Source: a virus (Duplodnaviria; Caudoviricetes). Taken from it: DNA of 59,233 nucleotides. Both the position numbers and the translations under genes were made by a program. Where the stretch lies: positions 1 through 59,233 of the IMG/VR virus record IMGVR_UViG_3300021197_001657. The stretch is one strand, 5' to 3'. Under the pieces are notes generated by a model, which made no database searches, was not told the DNA's origin, and was given only the letters and a program-made list of their open reading frames with translations. The stretch's first letter is position 1, and the number at the start of each line of letters is the position of its first letter. Shown piece after piece: positions 47,562-57,751 of the stretch.

Positions 47562-48464
47562 TTAGAACCTCCCTCCTAAAAAGCCACCTTTATAGTCTCT
47601 GTAGTCTATCCTTTTTTGTTCTGGTGTAGATATGGAAGAATCCATTGAGTAAGGATTATTGTAGGCTCCTAGCTCTGATGGTCTAAATGATCTGCGACGG
47701 GCAGCTTCTTGTCTGGGGCTTAACATATCGTCATATTGTGTAGAGTTTGGCTTAGCTAGAGGTGTTGTCCCCCTAACCTGCGAACCCGTTCTGGCATAAG
47801 CATCATCTATAGCTCTATTTGAATCCGTTGACCCCTGAGCCTCTTTAACTTTTTGTGGCATTAACTGTCTTGTATATGCCTCGTCGTATGCCTCCTGCCC
47901 TCTGTCTGCAACCTCACCAAGACTCTTGGCCTGTTGTCTCTCCCTCTCGGAAGAAGCAAACTCCCATACCGGCTTAGCCTCAGCCGCTTTCAAATTTTTC
48001 TGGAATGTCGTAGTAAGATTTGCCGCCTGATTAGCAAGGAAGGCTCTCTCCATCTTTCCAGCACTGGGAGGTAGAGAATCTATTGTTTTATAGATATCAT
48101 CTAGCTGACCATTGTAGGCTTTCTCCATCCCCGCAAGGTTCTTTGTCTTATTAGCCTCAGCCCCCTGGTAGACCATGCTTCCTAGACCCTGCAACGACTG
48201 CATGTCACTGCCCTGGTAGTCTTCACCCATGAGTGTCTTGTTTGCCATTCCACCATACTTCATGGAGTAGGGAATACTGGCTCCACCCGTTGCAACTGCT
48301 GCACCTCCGTGAATTGCGAGAGTCATCAACCCCTTGCGTTTTTGTCTGGCGGCTTTTTCATCACTAGCTTTTTTCTCGGCTAAGGCTCTTGCCTTTCCTG
48401 CCTCAGCCTGAGTAAACCTGTCGATTGCCGCTTGTCTTACATCGAGTCCGTAATCAATAGCCAT
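47562..48464 (-). CDS. Putative internal virion (ejection) protein
   Basis: Ala/Gln-rich helical; GGAAVATGGAS segment; position. Confidence 0.55.
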   Translation of the reverse strand: MAIDYGLDVRQAAIDRFTQAEAGKARALAEKKASDEKAARQKRKGLMTLAIHGGAAVATGGASIPYSMKYGGMANKTLMGEDYQGSDMQSLQGLGSMVYQGAEANKTKNLAGMEKAYNGQLDDIYKTIDSLPPSAGKMERAFLANQAANLTTTFQKNLKAAEAKPVWEFASSERERQQAKSLGEVADRGQEAYDEAYTRQLMPQKVKEAQGSTDSNRAIDDAYARTGSQVRGTTPLAKPNSTQYDDMLSPRQEAARRRSFRPSELGAYNNPYSMDSSISTPEQKRIDYRDYKGGFLGGRF

Positions 48465-48471
48465 GTTGTCC

Positions 48472-49980
48472 CTATAATCCTAGTGAGCTAAGTAAACCAC
48501 CACCACCACCACCACCACTCGAACTATATTTAGCGGCTTGGACGTTTGCGGCATTAGTTTTTTCCATCATTTCCGTTTGCATTTGTTCATTCTGACGGGC
48601 CACCACATCCTGTAGTCCGTATTCAGTCATGCCACCCTGAGATCCTATCAGTCCTGCTCTGCCTAGAAGCTGTTGCTGTAGGAGTCCTGCTGACTGACCC
48701 TGTAATCCTGCACGTTGACCCAGTAGCCCCGACTGGAATCCTGCGGTTTGTCCGTACATTCCTGCCTGTTGTCCGGCTAGACCAGCCGCTTGAGCACCCA
48801 GACCAGCCTGTTGTCCGTAGAGATTAGCCTGTTGCATACCGAGCCCTGCCTGTTGACCGAGTAGTCCTGCACCCTGAGACAACTGTTGTCCAGTCATTTG
48901 CTGTGCACCCATGGCACTAGACAACGCATCCTGTCTGGCTCTTGCTCCCTGTCCAGACTTCAACTGCGCCTGTGCGAGTGCAAGTTTTTCTGGGGACATG
49001 CCTGATGCAGAGGCCCCCCTCGCTAGTTGAGCCATTGCTCCCTTGTCGGAAGCATTCCTTTGTTGCTCCGCTACTCCAGCAAGCATCTGTCTGTTACGGT
49101 CATACATTGGACTGCTCGATGGGTCCATCGCCTGAGTAGCAAGGTTCCCGATCTGTGTTCCTATGCCAGCCTGTTGTTGTCTCAGTGTGCCCACACCAGA
49201 CCTAAGTCCTGCTACATCCCCCTCGTATCCTCCGACACGACCAGTGACTCCAGACATTTGCTGACCATACTGGGTTCCGAGCCTCTGTGATTCTCCTGCC
49301 AGATCAGTCATGGCTTTTCGCTCACTGCTTATATCAAACTGATCCTCCAGACCTCTCAACCTCTCTGCGTATCCACCCTCTCCCGTGTAGTCATCAACAA
49401 ACCCCTGTCGGGCAGAGTCCCTTTGTTCTTGTAAGGCAGCGTCTGCGGCTACTTTGTTTCTTTCAGCCTCGCCTGACTTGTAAGCATCGAAGGCTTGTTG
49501 TATTTGTGCGGATCGATCATACCCTCTATTGCCACCGCCACCGCCACCGTCGCCACCGCCACCGCCTGAATCTCCTCTTTGCTGTGCTGCTACTGCATCT
49601 GCATATGCTTGATTTGAGCGTTGGGTACTTTGTTCGGCACCATGAAAACCACCCCCATCTTTTTCTTGATCTGTTTCAACCGCACTATCAAAAACAGCAT
49701 AAGGTGTCGCCACCGCTTTAGGCTCCGTCCCCTTCATAATATAGGTATCATCGTTGAGACCCTTCTTAATCATACGATCCACGAACCCTCCACTCCTTCT
49801 GTCGGCAATAGGTTTCTTCATCGCATTCAAGGCACCCATCTCGGCCTTGTTGACCATGACTGGATAGTGTGGTTCCTTGACTCCCTTGAACTTGGTGCCT
49901 CTGGAGTTAGCGATAACATCCCTAACCTTCATTTGCACTTGAGATAATTCTTTCTCTGGACTCGGTGATAACTGTGCCAT
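48472..49980 (-). CDS. Putative internal virion (ejection) protein with Gln/Gly heptad repeats
   Basis: QQAGLxG heptads and poly-Gly linkers. Confidence 0.55.
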   Translation of the reverse strand: MAQLSPSPEKELSQVQMKVRDVIANSRGTKFKGVKEPHYPVMVNKAEMGALNAMKKPIADRRSGGFVDRMIKKGLNDDTYIMKGTEPKAVATPYAVFDSAVETDQEKDGGGFHGAEQSTQRSNQAYADAVAAQQRGDSGGGGGDGGGGGGNRGYDRSAQIQQAFDAYKSGEAERNKVAADAALQEQRDSARQGFVDDYTGEGGYAERLRGLEDQFDISSERKAMTDLAGESQRLGTQYGQQMSGVTGRVGGYEGDVAGLRSGVGTLRQQQAGIGTQIGNLATQAMDPSSSPMYDRNRQMLAGVAEQQRNASDKGAMAQLARGASASGMSPEKLALAQAQLKSGQGARARQDALSSAMGAQQMTGQQLSQGAGLLGQQAGLGMQQANLYGQQAGLGAQAAGLAGQQAGMYGQTAGFQSGLLGQRAGLQGQSAGLLQQQLLGRAGLIGSQGGMTEYGLQDVVARQNEQMQTEMMEKTNAANVQAAKYSSSGGGGGGGLLSSLGL

Positions 49981-50756
49981 TAGACCTCCTGCTGTGGCTG
50001 TGTATTGTCCGTCAGGGTCACGTTTGTTTCAAACAGGGCCACCTCTCCATCACCTGAAGACTGGGCCCACTGTAGTACATTCCCTCTGGAACCTGATGGT
50101 AAATATTCTTGAACTGTCTGGTATGCATTCTTGTCGTATCTGCTGGAACTAAGCTGGTGCTCACTAATCTTTTCACCGTCCAAGTAAACATCTAAACCCA
50201 CATTACCTTGATAGGTAATCTGTGCCTCTGTGTGCTCTCTCTCCCCCTTGAAAAACCTAGCTGGTAGGGCCCTAATTGAAGAGTTAAAAATCTGACCACT
50301 TTGACTAGAAGATATAACATGCTTAACGTGTGGTATCCAGCCGAAGGACAAAGGTGGGTAATATATTCTACGAGTATCTTGTTTCCTGGATTCACGAGCA
50401 GTCAGTGTCACCGTTGTATCTACGTTGTTGTTCGGCTTCTTCTCAACCTCGTCAACGTATATTGCAAACTCCACGGTGCCGGAAAATGTAACCTCGACAA
50501 AGTGATACAGCTTGTGCTCATTGAAGCTAACCTCTGGGACTCCCTCGAACTCGTAGGTCAGTGCACTCTGGAAAGAACTAACAACCTGTGGTGTATACCC
50601 AATCATCCCAGGTGGCAGTGCCACTCTACGTTGAAGCAACTTGGTATGGCTTGGGAACTGTTGGTTGTTAATTCCACTAACACCGTCTATAGAAAAAGAT
50701 ATGGTCGGCTGGCCCTTGTATCTTAGATTTGCAGCGGTGAATACTTGTCTGGGCAT
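49980..50756 (-). CDS. Tail-associated protein of three tandem beta domains
   Basis: Three internal repeats resembling the C-terminus of 51010-53700. Confidence 0.5.
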   Translation of the reverse strand: MPRQVFTAANLRYKGQPTISFSIDGVSGINNQQFPSHTKLLQRRVALPPGMIGYTPQVVSSFQSALTYEFEGVPEVSFNEHKLYHFVEVTFSGTVEFAIYVDEVEKKPNNNVDTTVTLTARESRKQDTRRIYYPPLSFGWIPHVKHVISSSQSGQIFNSSIRALPARFFKGEREHTEAQITYQGNVGLDVYLDGEKISEHQLSSSRYDKNAYQTVQEYLPSGSRGNVLQWAQSSGDGEVALFETNVTLTDNTQPQQEV

Positions 50757-51010
50757 TATATGGTTATTGTAGATGCATGAGCAACAGCACTTGCTTGGCC
50801 ACCATGTCCAATTAAAGCGTTTGCTATTCTTTCTGCATACTCTTGATTAGCTTTTGCACTAGTGGTTGTTTGTAATACCTTAATTAATTTCTCAGCCTCT
50901 TTTAACCTTTTTTGTAAGGCTCTTATGTTTTCATTTACCTGGATAAATGCCTCCCTCAACTGGTCCTCATCTATCTCTAAGTAACCATCATATTCAGGTA
51001 CGTCTGCCAT
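50756..51010 (-). CDS. Small coiled-coil structural protein
   Basis: TAATG-coupled on both sides. Confidence 0.5.
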   Translation of the reverse strand: MADVPEYDGYLEIDEDQLREAFIQVNENIRALQKRLKEAEKLIKVLQTTTSAKANQEYAERIANALIGHGGQASAVAHASTITI

Positions 51011-53700
51011 TATACTGGACTTGCTTTGTACTGGTAACTAAGTATTCTTCCGGCTGATTCACTCGTGGTTTCTTTTATATGAGGAACCAGTCCAGTTGAC
51101 ATTTCTGGAAAATACAGTACCGCCTCACCAACTGGGCCAGGGCTACTGGATAAAGATGTTGGTGTGCCCTCACCAATTAAATCTGTACCATCGAGAGAAA
51201 CCGTGATTGATGGTGTCCCAGTGTACTGAACCTGTACAGACTCGTATAATCTCTCGGTAATTTCATTGGTTAGTTCATAGTCAATATTAATTCTATGCAC
51301 GTTCCCATAACAATTTACAAGTTGCACCTGTATCCCGTTGCCCTGCCTCGGTTGTGTTAGATAAAATGTCCTGTCAAAATCTGCGACTGAACCACCAACT
51401 GAAAATGAGTCAGTCTCCGTCCCATCGACAAGAACCTTTACGGTGCCATAAAAACTTTCACCTGTTAAGCGAGCACTCTTATATACCTTTTCATAGTTAA
51501 TATCTCCGGCAGAAAACTTTCTTGTCGTCACGCTAAAATTGGATCGGCTTCCAGTTACATAACCAGGCCTACCAGTATCTGCATAAAGAATATTCTCAGC
51601 ACCACGGTAGTATAAATTTGATGCGTTGAATGTGGTTCTTGTAACCTTCAACGGTGATGATTTTAAATCAACCTTATAGCCCGTACCAGAGCTACCGAGT
51701 AAATAGTAAACATCGTCAAATATTCCACCAGCGTTGCTACTTTTTGTAGAATTGTTTGGATAGCTAAAGGATTCTAAAAGATTGTGTGTCAACCTTTCTA
51801 CTGATTTCCCGTTGTAAAAGCATATCCCCTGATGGCTGGCAAACATGATCCCACCCTGAAATTTTACAATTGTCTTGTCACCACCATCCGGCACCCCCTC
51901 TGTCGTTGGAACCCGAACCTTTTTAAGACCAAATGGATCAGACCCATAAACCCTGTAAACTCCGTACTGCGTAAACACCACGAGCTCACTACCAATGCTA
52001 GACAACCCAGTAATCTTTTGATCAAAGTCAACAAATGCTCCAGACCTAAAGCTGTTAGGGTTCCCGTAGTCACTTGCAAATAAACGTGTTTCTACTGCGG
52101 CATAGAATATATTTCCCGACTCTATTAAGAACTTACTACTATTGGGTGGTTTGTTGTTAGCCTGAATAGGCTGAATATCAATCAGTGAATCAGAAGACTG
52201 GAAGTCAACATAGGGATAGGTGTTGGCTGTAGCCACATCTGCGTTGTCAACTGTTAATGCCCTGCAAACATACTCACGCTCTACGAGTTCACCTGGGATC
52301 TTCATATAGACCACAAGGTCCACATAATGTGATGTGTCGGTTCCTGTTCCGTCACTAGTTAACACTATATTGTGAGATGTTCCTCCAGACAACCAGTCCG
52401 TCTTTCCAGTGTGTGTTGCAACTACAGAGTATGTTCCATTAGTGTAAGAATATTGGGTAGAACTCCCTGTTAAAAAACCATACCATGCAACCCTGTAATG
52501 GAATGCTGACTTGGCACTACCAATAGCAATAGCTAGATCCGCATCGGCAGTATCTGAGACTGCAACCGTCAGGTCCTCATCAATAAAAAGGTCGTCTAAT
52601 TTCTTAATAACGGAGCTAGAACCACCCACTCTATATAAAGCAAATCTACCACCATCTAGTTTTGTAGAGGAGTAGGACAGGTCTGTAACCGTATTATTTC
52701 TAGCTACCCCTGTTCCAAATTCTATGTACATTGGAATGTTGTTATCAGTAGAAAAATATGAAGCAGACAGGGAGCTATCTGTCAACGGACTCATGCTTGA
52801 CTCGTATCCAGTCGTGTCGAAGTGAGCCAGTCCATATTGAAAAGGGACTGCAATGTTTGAAGAATACCATGCTACAGAGTGGCCAGCATTACGGTCTGTA
52901 TTAGTGCCAGTATAACTAGCCGCACCCTGAGTGAATGAAATTATTGGCTCAGGCTTTAGGGCAGACACTCTGTATGACTTTGAGGTATCGCCATCAAGAA
53001 ACTTTGAAATAATAGGGGCTACCGATACAGTCTGATTACTGCTGGTATTACTAACAAAACCGTTTATATAAACATGTTTGTTTGCACTATCAACACGAGT
53101 AATAAAGGTGTCTCCAGGTAAATTAGTAGCGGTTAATTCATCTCCAACCTGTAACTTGTAAGCCTCATTGACACCACCAGAGGTTGCTATCGTTAGCCTG
53201 TTTGCATTTGCTCCAGAACTTTCAGTGTGGTTCCACGATCCGTTTACTGTAAAATTTGTCCCGTCTCTGGATACATAAAGATCATCGTTGTATTCAACGA
53301 ATGAAGAAGCACCATGAACCCCCTGTGTTAGCTCATAAAGTTCAACGTCTACATCAGTGCCGAGTGTTACAGTCTCGTGGTCTCCAATCTCCATGACACT
53401 GTAGTAGTTTATATCCGCACTAATCGCAGTGGCTGTTACACTACCACCTGATCCACTTGTATCTTCTGTAAATGTGCTTATTGGAATGGTCTCGGTAAAA
53501 CCAGAAGCACTTACCCAGGTCCCGGCTTTCTCATAAAAGTAATCCGTCTGTCCCCCAGTAACCGTCTGGTATTCACCTCTGAGGTCACCGAAGGAAAGGT
53601 CTGCATTAGACAGGGCAGCACACTGGTTTGCCCCGATTTTATGGGGAGGAAGGCGATCATTAACACCGCCTGAGAAGTCTGTTTGAGACTCTAGGGGCAT
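51010..53700 (-). CDS. Tail tube/nozzle (stabilisation-type) protein
   Basis: DFSGGVN N-terminus; beta-propeller-like body; typical podovirus position. Confidence 0.65.
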   Translation of the reverse strand: MPLESQTDFSGGVNDRLPPHKIGANQCAALSNADLSFGDLRGEYQTVTGGQTDYFYEKAGTWVSASGFTETIPISTFTEDTSGSGGSVTATAISADINYYSVMEIGDHETVTLGTDVDVELYELTQGVHGASSFVEYNDDLYVSRDGTNFTVNGSWNHTESSGANANRLTIATSGGVNEAYKLQVGDELTATNLPGDTFITRVDSANKHVYINGFVSNTSSNQTVSVAPIISKFLDGDTSKSYRVSALKPEPIISFTQGAASYTGTNTDRNAGHSVAWYSSNIAVPFQYGLAHFDTTGYESSMSPLTDSSLSASYFSTDNNIPMYIEFGTGVARNNTVTDLSYSSTKLDGGRFALYRVGGSSSVIKKLDDLFIDEDLTVAVSDTADADLAIAIGSAKSAFHYRVAWYGFLTGSSTQYSYTNGTYSVVATHTGKTDWLSGGTSHNIVLTSDGTGTDTSHYVDLVVYMKIPGELVEREYVCRALTVDNADVATANTYPYVDFQSSDSLIDIQPIQANNKPPNSSKFLIESGNIFYAAVETRLFASDYGNPNSFRSGAFVDFDQKITGLSSIGSELVVFTQYGVYRVYGSDPFGLKKVRVPTTEGVPDGGDKTIVKFQGGIMFASHQGICFYNGKSVERLTHNLLESFSYPNNSTKSSNAGGIFDDVYYLLGSSGTGYKVDLKSSPLKVTRTTFNASNLYYRGAENILYADTGRPGYVTGSRSNFSVTTRKFSAGDINYEKVYKSARLTGESFYGTVKVLVDGTETDSFSVGGSVADFDRTFYLTQPRQGNGIQVQLVNCYGNVHRINIDYELTNEITERLYESVQVQYTGTPSITVSLDGTDLIGEGTPTSLSSSPGPVGEAVLYFPEMSTGLVPHIKETTSESAGRILSYQYKASPV

Positions 53701-54791
53701 TAGAGCTTAATTATGTAGTTCACACACATGAAAGGCATTTCGTTTGAGTGAGCATCTGCTGCTCCTGCTGCGGTGTTAACGGGCACCGTTCCACTGATGG
53801 TCACCCCGTTTGCGCTTGCTCCCCCAGTTATATTAGGTTCTGGGGCTGAAGTATTACCACCACTATCACTAGCACTTGCGTCAGATGCGTAAGGAGCTTC
53901 AACGTGTGCTCTACCAACTCCACCAACTGCTTCAAATAATGAATGAACGTGATTGCTTAAATCGTGATTATGATCAGCTACTGTTCCTGAAATGCCGCTT
54001 GTGGGGTGGGTGTGAGCCTTTACACCAGACTCTCCTGCGGTCAGTGTTACTGACTCAAAACCACCAAACTCTCCACGCTCTCTCGCTGTTAGTGTTGTTG
54101 CACTTGCTGTGGCTGGATCGCTTCCACCATCGGTATCTGCGGAGTCTTTTCCTTTACCAGTCCCAACACCCATCGGGACACGACCACGCATGTCTGGGAC
54201 GTTGAAATCATTACTGGTGCCGTCTCCATCTCCGTATGCTGTTCCTAAAATATCAAATAGATTTTTATAGGCCGTCCCTGCGGTTCCATCATAGTTAGAA
54301 CCGTCACAAAAAACCCAACCCTCTGGCTCTGATGAGCCTCCGTACATTCTAATTTCACCAGTGATCCCTACATATACTTTACCGACACCAAGGCCAACCC
54401 CAGCAGAAGTGGCTCCTGACTCAAATCCTGTCCCAGTAATCTTTGCATCCTGCACCACGGATTGAGTTGCAACAGAACCTACAGAAATAGTACCTGAAGA
54501 AGTAGCGGGGTTAACGAGAACATTACCAGAGGTGTCAACCGTAATTACAGCAGTACCACTATCTTCTTTCAGGGATAGCGTTTGACCAGATGTAGCCTGT
54601 ATATTGGTTGCAGTTATATCAGTAAATTTCCCAGTGGTGGCAGTAGAAGCCCCAATTGTTGTCCCGTTAATAGTCCCAGAAGCAATAGTAACCGCACCAC
54701 CAAAGGTAGTGGCCCCGGATGAGCCCAGTGTAAGGTTTGCAGTAGTGTCGGTCTTATTCCCGACCACATCTGTTTTTAACGTAGCAGCCAT
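53700..54791 (-). CDS. Tail fibre with tail-collar domain
   Basis: GEIRMYGG..PEGWVFCDG..LFDILGTAYG..FNVPDMRGRVPMG..NYIIK. Confidence 0.85.
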   Translation of the reverse strand: MAATLKTDVVGNKTDTTANLTLGSSGATTFGGAVTIASGTINGTTIGASTATTGKFTDITATNIQATSGQTLSLKEDSGTAVITVDTSGNVLVNPATSSGTISVGSVATQSVVQDAKITGTGFESGATSAGVGLGVGKVYVGITGEIRMYGGSSEPEGWVFCDGSNYDGTAGTAYKNLFDILGTAYGDGDGTSNDFNVPDMRGRVPMGVGTGKGKDSADTDGGSDPATASATTLTARERGEFGGFESVTLTAGESGVKAHTHPTSGISGTVADHNHDLSNHVHSLFEAVGGVGRAHVEAPYASDASASDSGGNTSAPEPNITGGASANGVTISGTVPVNTAAGAADAHSNEMPFMCVNYIIKL

Positions 54792-55264
54792 TATTCCTCC
54801 AAGCCGGAAATGTACTGGACTTTCCCGTCCACACGTTTCGCTGTTAAGACTTCTCCTTTGTTGTCACCCCCTGCATCAAAACTACAGTGAACCCAGCCTG
54901 AGTTGGGTCCCTCGTCCTTGTTGTAAAATTCAAGAATCAACTGTTTAAATTCCAGATTATCTTTTATGTATTGAGCCAGTTCTGGGTTACTTACCGACTC
55001 AGACCGAACCTCAAAATCTGCCGCTCGACCATGACAGTGATCTGAGGTTTTAGACCCTCCGATCAAACTATTCAAGGCCTCCGCTCTTAGTCCCGAACTA
55101 ACTGATATTAAACCAAATTTCTCACGAACTGGTTGAAGTATCCGTTGACACAGGGCGGTCAGATTAACCAGTTGTTCTTCGTTGGGAAGATTACTGATCC
55201 CGTTTCTAATTGCGGTCTGGGAGTATGTCAGTTCCTTGAGAGAAAAGTTTTTACTGAGCTTCAA
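54791..55264 (-). CDS. Peptidase M15A endolysin
   Basis: LSKNFSLKEL..SSGLR..SDHCHGRAADF..WVHCS. Confidence 0.88.
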   Translation of the reverse strand: MKLSKNFSLKELTYSQTAIRNGISNLPNEEQLVNLTALCQRILQPVREKFGLISVSSGLRAEALNSLIGGSKTSDHCHGRAADFEVRSESVSNPELAQYIKDNLEFKQLILEFYNKDEGPNSGWVHCSFDAGGDNKGEVLTAKRVDGKVQYISGLEE

Positions 55265-55353
55265 CCTTTTACTCCTACTGTAGGGTTAACCTTTCTTATT
55301 TTTTTCTTCTTTTTATCTCTGTCTAGTTTCTCGATAGCACTAACATATTTCAT
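55261..55353 (-). CDS. Tiny basic peptide (30 aa)
   Basis: MKYVSAIEKLDRDKKKKKIRKVNPTVGVKG; overlaps both neighbours (TAATG, TTGA). Confidence 0.5.
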   Translation of the reverse strand: MKYVSAIEKLDRDKKKKKIRKVNPTVGVKG

Positions 55354-56018
55354 TAATACTTATCCCTTTTTTGCATGTGATACCCAGGCATTGCGGCTAC
55401 TGGCTCATCCTTGTTTTTCCTCATGCTACTAGCGTTCATGCTTCCACCGTACATAACCGCCTTGGGGTTCTTCTTTTTCTTTCTTTGATATTTTGATGCT
55501 CCAATAATATCGTCAGAAAGTCTATTTCTGGATTTTAATTTTCCTGATTTTAGTCCTTCAATTATTGGACCTGCTAAGTCTCCTCCAGGACTCGTGTCTA
55601 AATTTCTTCCTGTTCCAAAGCTCAATCCAGTTTTTGATGGTGGATGTGACCATGCCTCTTCCGGGTTATATTGTCTGCCTTTAAAATTAGTTTGAAACTC
55701 CTTCTTGCTTAATGGTTTGGGTTTTTTCTTGTCAGCCATGACTGCCATCTTTGGTTTTTTCATTGACCCACCGTACATTACTGCTTTGGGCCCTTTCTTT
55801 TTCTTTTTACCCATACCATGATACATGGTCGCCACTGGCTCTTTTTCATTACCCTTGGTTTTTTTAAGCATTTGTTTCATGCCGACACCTTCCTTGGCAT
55901 CACTCAAACGATTAAGCATACTTTTATTTTCATACTCCCTCATGGCTTTAAAGTCAGCCCCTGTTATCTTGTTCTTGGGGGCCGCTTGTCCAGCTATCTT
56001 TTTTTGCTTAGGTGACAT
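55353..56018 (-). CDS. Lys/Met-rich basic repeat protein
   Basis: KITGADFKAM; KKKKxPKAVMYGGSM twice. Confidence 0.6.
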   Translation of the reverse strand: MSPKQKKIAGQAAPKNKITGADFKAMREYENKSMLNRLSDAKEGVGMKQMLKKTKGNEKEPVATMYHGMGKKKKKGPKAVMYGGSMKKPKMAVMADKKKPKPLSKKEFQTNFKGRQYNPEEAWSHPPSKTGLSFGTGRNLDTSPGGDLAGPIIEGLKSGKLKSRNRLSDDIIGASKYQRKKKKNPKAVMYGGSMNASSMRKNKDEPVAAMPGYHMQKRDKY

Positions 56019-56026
56019 ATTACTCC

Positions 56027-56476
56027 TTAATTACAATTCCATTTTCTTAGAGACTTGTTAATCCTTGAATTAGGATCGTTAGCAGTTTCACTGGATGTAA
56101 GTTTCTTCTTCATCCCACTCATCCTGGCACAAAAACTCTTTTTCCTGCCCTTGGATTCTTTGGTCTTGGGATTAGGTGCAGGGGGTTTTAACTCGCCTTT
56201 GGTGTAACTAGCCCTACCTTTGGTATTTAACCCGCCTGACGGATCTTTCCCCTCCTTGCGTGTCCACGCAGGAGTCATCACTGGTGTAGTCAGGCCCCTC
56301 TTTTCCAGCATACCAACGGTAGCAACACTAACGGGGCCCTTCTTCTTACTTTGACTTCGGACTATAGCCTTGTCAGTCGGAGCCCCCTTAGATCCGGGGG
56401 TCCTCATCTTCTCTCCACTACCAGCTTTTATTCTCTTCCGCTTAGCATGGATGTTAGCCCAAAGTCCGTCACTCAT
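56027..56476 (-). CDS. DUF6321-like basic protein
   Basis: GLWANIHAKRKR; AWTRKEGK..RKKSFCARM..SLRKWNC. Confidence 0.7.
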   Translation of the reverse strand: MSDGLWANIHAKRKRIKAGSGEKMRTPGSKGAPTDKAIVRSQSKKKGPVSVATVGMLEKRGLTTPVMTPAWTRKEGKDPSGGLNTKGRASYTKGELKPPAPNPKTKESKGRKKSFCARMSGMKKKLTSSETANDPNSRINKSLRKWNCN

Positions 56477-56925
56477 TATGCAACGTCGTCTAGCAATGCC
56501 GCAACAATACAGGTAACAGCAGATGTCCCTGCAATCGCATGAATATCTGCAACTGTTGAATTAGGGATTCTTATTGCCATGCTTTCACCAGCAGGAATAT
56601 ACAAAGATCCAGCCGCTGAAGTCGAGGCCGCATCACCATCTACTTTGATGTAAACAGGGTTTGAGGCATCTGTATTTTTTATAAATAAGAAATTTACTTT
56701 GTCGGCAGTATGGACCGCTGTAGGTGCAGTATCATCATCTACACCAGTATAATCAGTAAAATAACCAGCCATTAAATCTGTAGAGGCGGTACTAACAGCA
56801 GTCAGCTTGTAGTACCATTTGTCGTTAGCATCAGCCGGAGTAACCGTCATACTCCCGGATATGGTTTTTGCAATCTCATCTGGGAGAACGGTTGCACTCA
56901 AAGTTATACTTGCAGCATCAGCCAT
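56476..56925 (-). CDS. Hypothetical structural protein
   Basis: Acidic and beta-rich; FLFIKNT motif; AGGAG RBS. Confidence 0.55.
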   Translation of the reverse strand: MADAASITLSATVLPDEIAKTISGSMTVTPADANDKWYYKLTAVSTASTDLMAGYFTDYTGVDDDTAPTAVHTADKVNFLFIKNTDASNPVYIKVDGDAASTSAAGSLYIPAGESMAIRIPNSTVADIHAIAGTSAVTCIVAALLDDVA

Positions 56926-56937
56926 GTTTTTCTCCTA

Positions 56938-57126
56938 TTAGCTTAGGAAGTCTTTGACAGACTTGAATTGATTATCAGGCATTTCGTCAACGACAGAATC
57001 TATCAATTTCATTTGATCTTCACTGAGGTTGTTTTCCATCACCTTAGCCACATGCTCTTTAGCAAGTGACTGTGCTTGGTCTACGACTAGGGATTGAATA
57101 ACATTAAGAAGTAGTGCTGGTATCAT
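56938..57126 (-). CDS. Hypothetical protein
   Basis: 62-aa ORF in the lysis region. Confidence 0.5.
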   Translation of the reverse strand: MIPALLLNVIQSLVVDQAQSLAKEHVAKVMENNLSEDQMKLIDSVVDEMPDNQFKSVKDFLS

Positions 57127-57451
57127 TTTGTGGTGGTTGATTATTAGGTTGATTTAAATGTGACTTGTCTTCCATTAAGTCAGAGTCACCATTAAAATAG
57201 AAAGTGGCTATCCCACTGATAACACTGATAAAACTTCCTATTAAAATATTTAAAAGGTCTCGGCTTGACTGAGCCATCTCGACATCTGCGATCAACATCA
57301 TGTGCACGATATACAAGAAAATACCGAAAGCAAAAAATGAGATAACCAGTCTCCCATAGAATCTTGCCACTGTAATCTGTTCATTCACCGACATCTTTTT
57401 CGGTGGATTAGGATTTCCTTTTACCGTTTTTTTCTCAATGATTTCTTCCAT
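57104..57451 (-). CDS. Putative holin (two TM helices)
   Basis: Two hydrophobic helices ending IATFYF; near endolysin. Confidence 0.5.
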   Translation of the reverse strand: MEEIIEKKTVKGNPNPPKKMSVNEQITVARFYGRLVISFFAFGIFLYIVHMMLIADVEMAQSSRDLLNILIGSFISVISGIATFYFNGDSDLMEDKSHLNQPNNQPPQNDTSTTS

Positions 57452-57749
57452 TGGTCAGTTCTTTGATTGCTTGTGTGTTCTGTTCAAGGGCCAATTTGAT
57501 AGAAAGAATGGCATCTGAAGACTTTTCAACCATTGCCATAATCTTTGTATCATTTTCCGCATCTTTTTTCCAAAATTCTTCACGTTCTTTCCTCGCTTGA
57601 TCAGTAGTGTATTTAATGAACCAGAAACTTGCAATGATGACACACGCTGGTATGCCCAGGTCCATTACCATTGTGTACAAAGTGTTTACTTCAGGCATAG
57701 CTTGTACCGTTGGTGTGTAGTTGTAGTATTGTGCATCGGCTGGGTTCAT
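57435..57749 (-). CDS. Holin-like single-TM coiled-coil protein
   Basis: LGIPACVIIASFWFI followed by a coiled coil ending LEQNTQAIKEL. Confidence 0.5.
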   Translation of the reverse strand: MNPADAQYYNYTPTVQAMPEVNTLYTMVMDLGIPACVIIASFWFIKYTTDQARKEREEFWKKDAENDTKIMAMVEKSSDAILSIKLALEQNTQAIKELTNGRNH

Positions 57750-57751
57750 AT

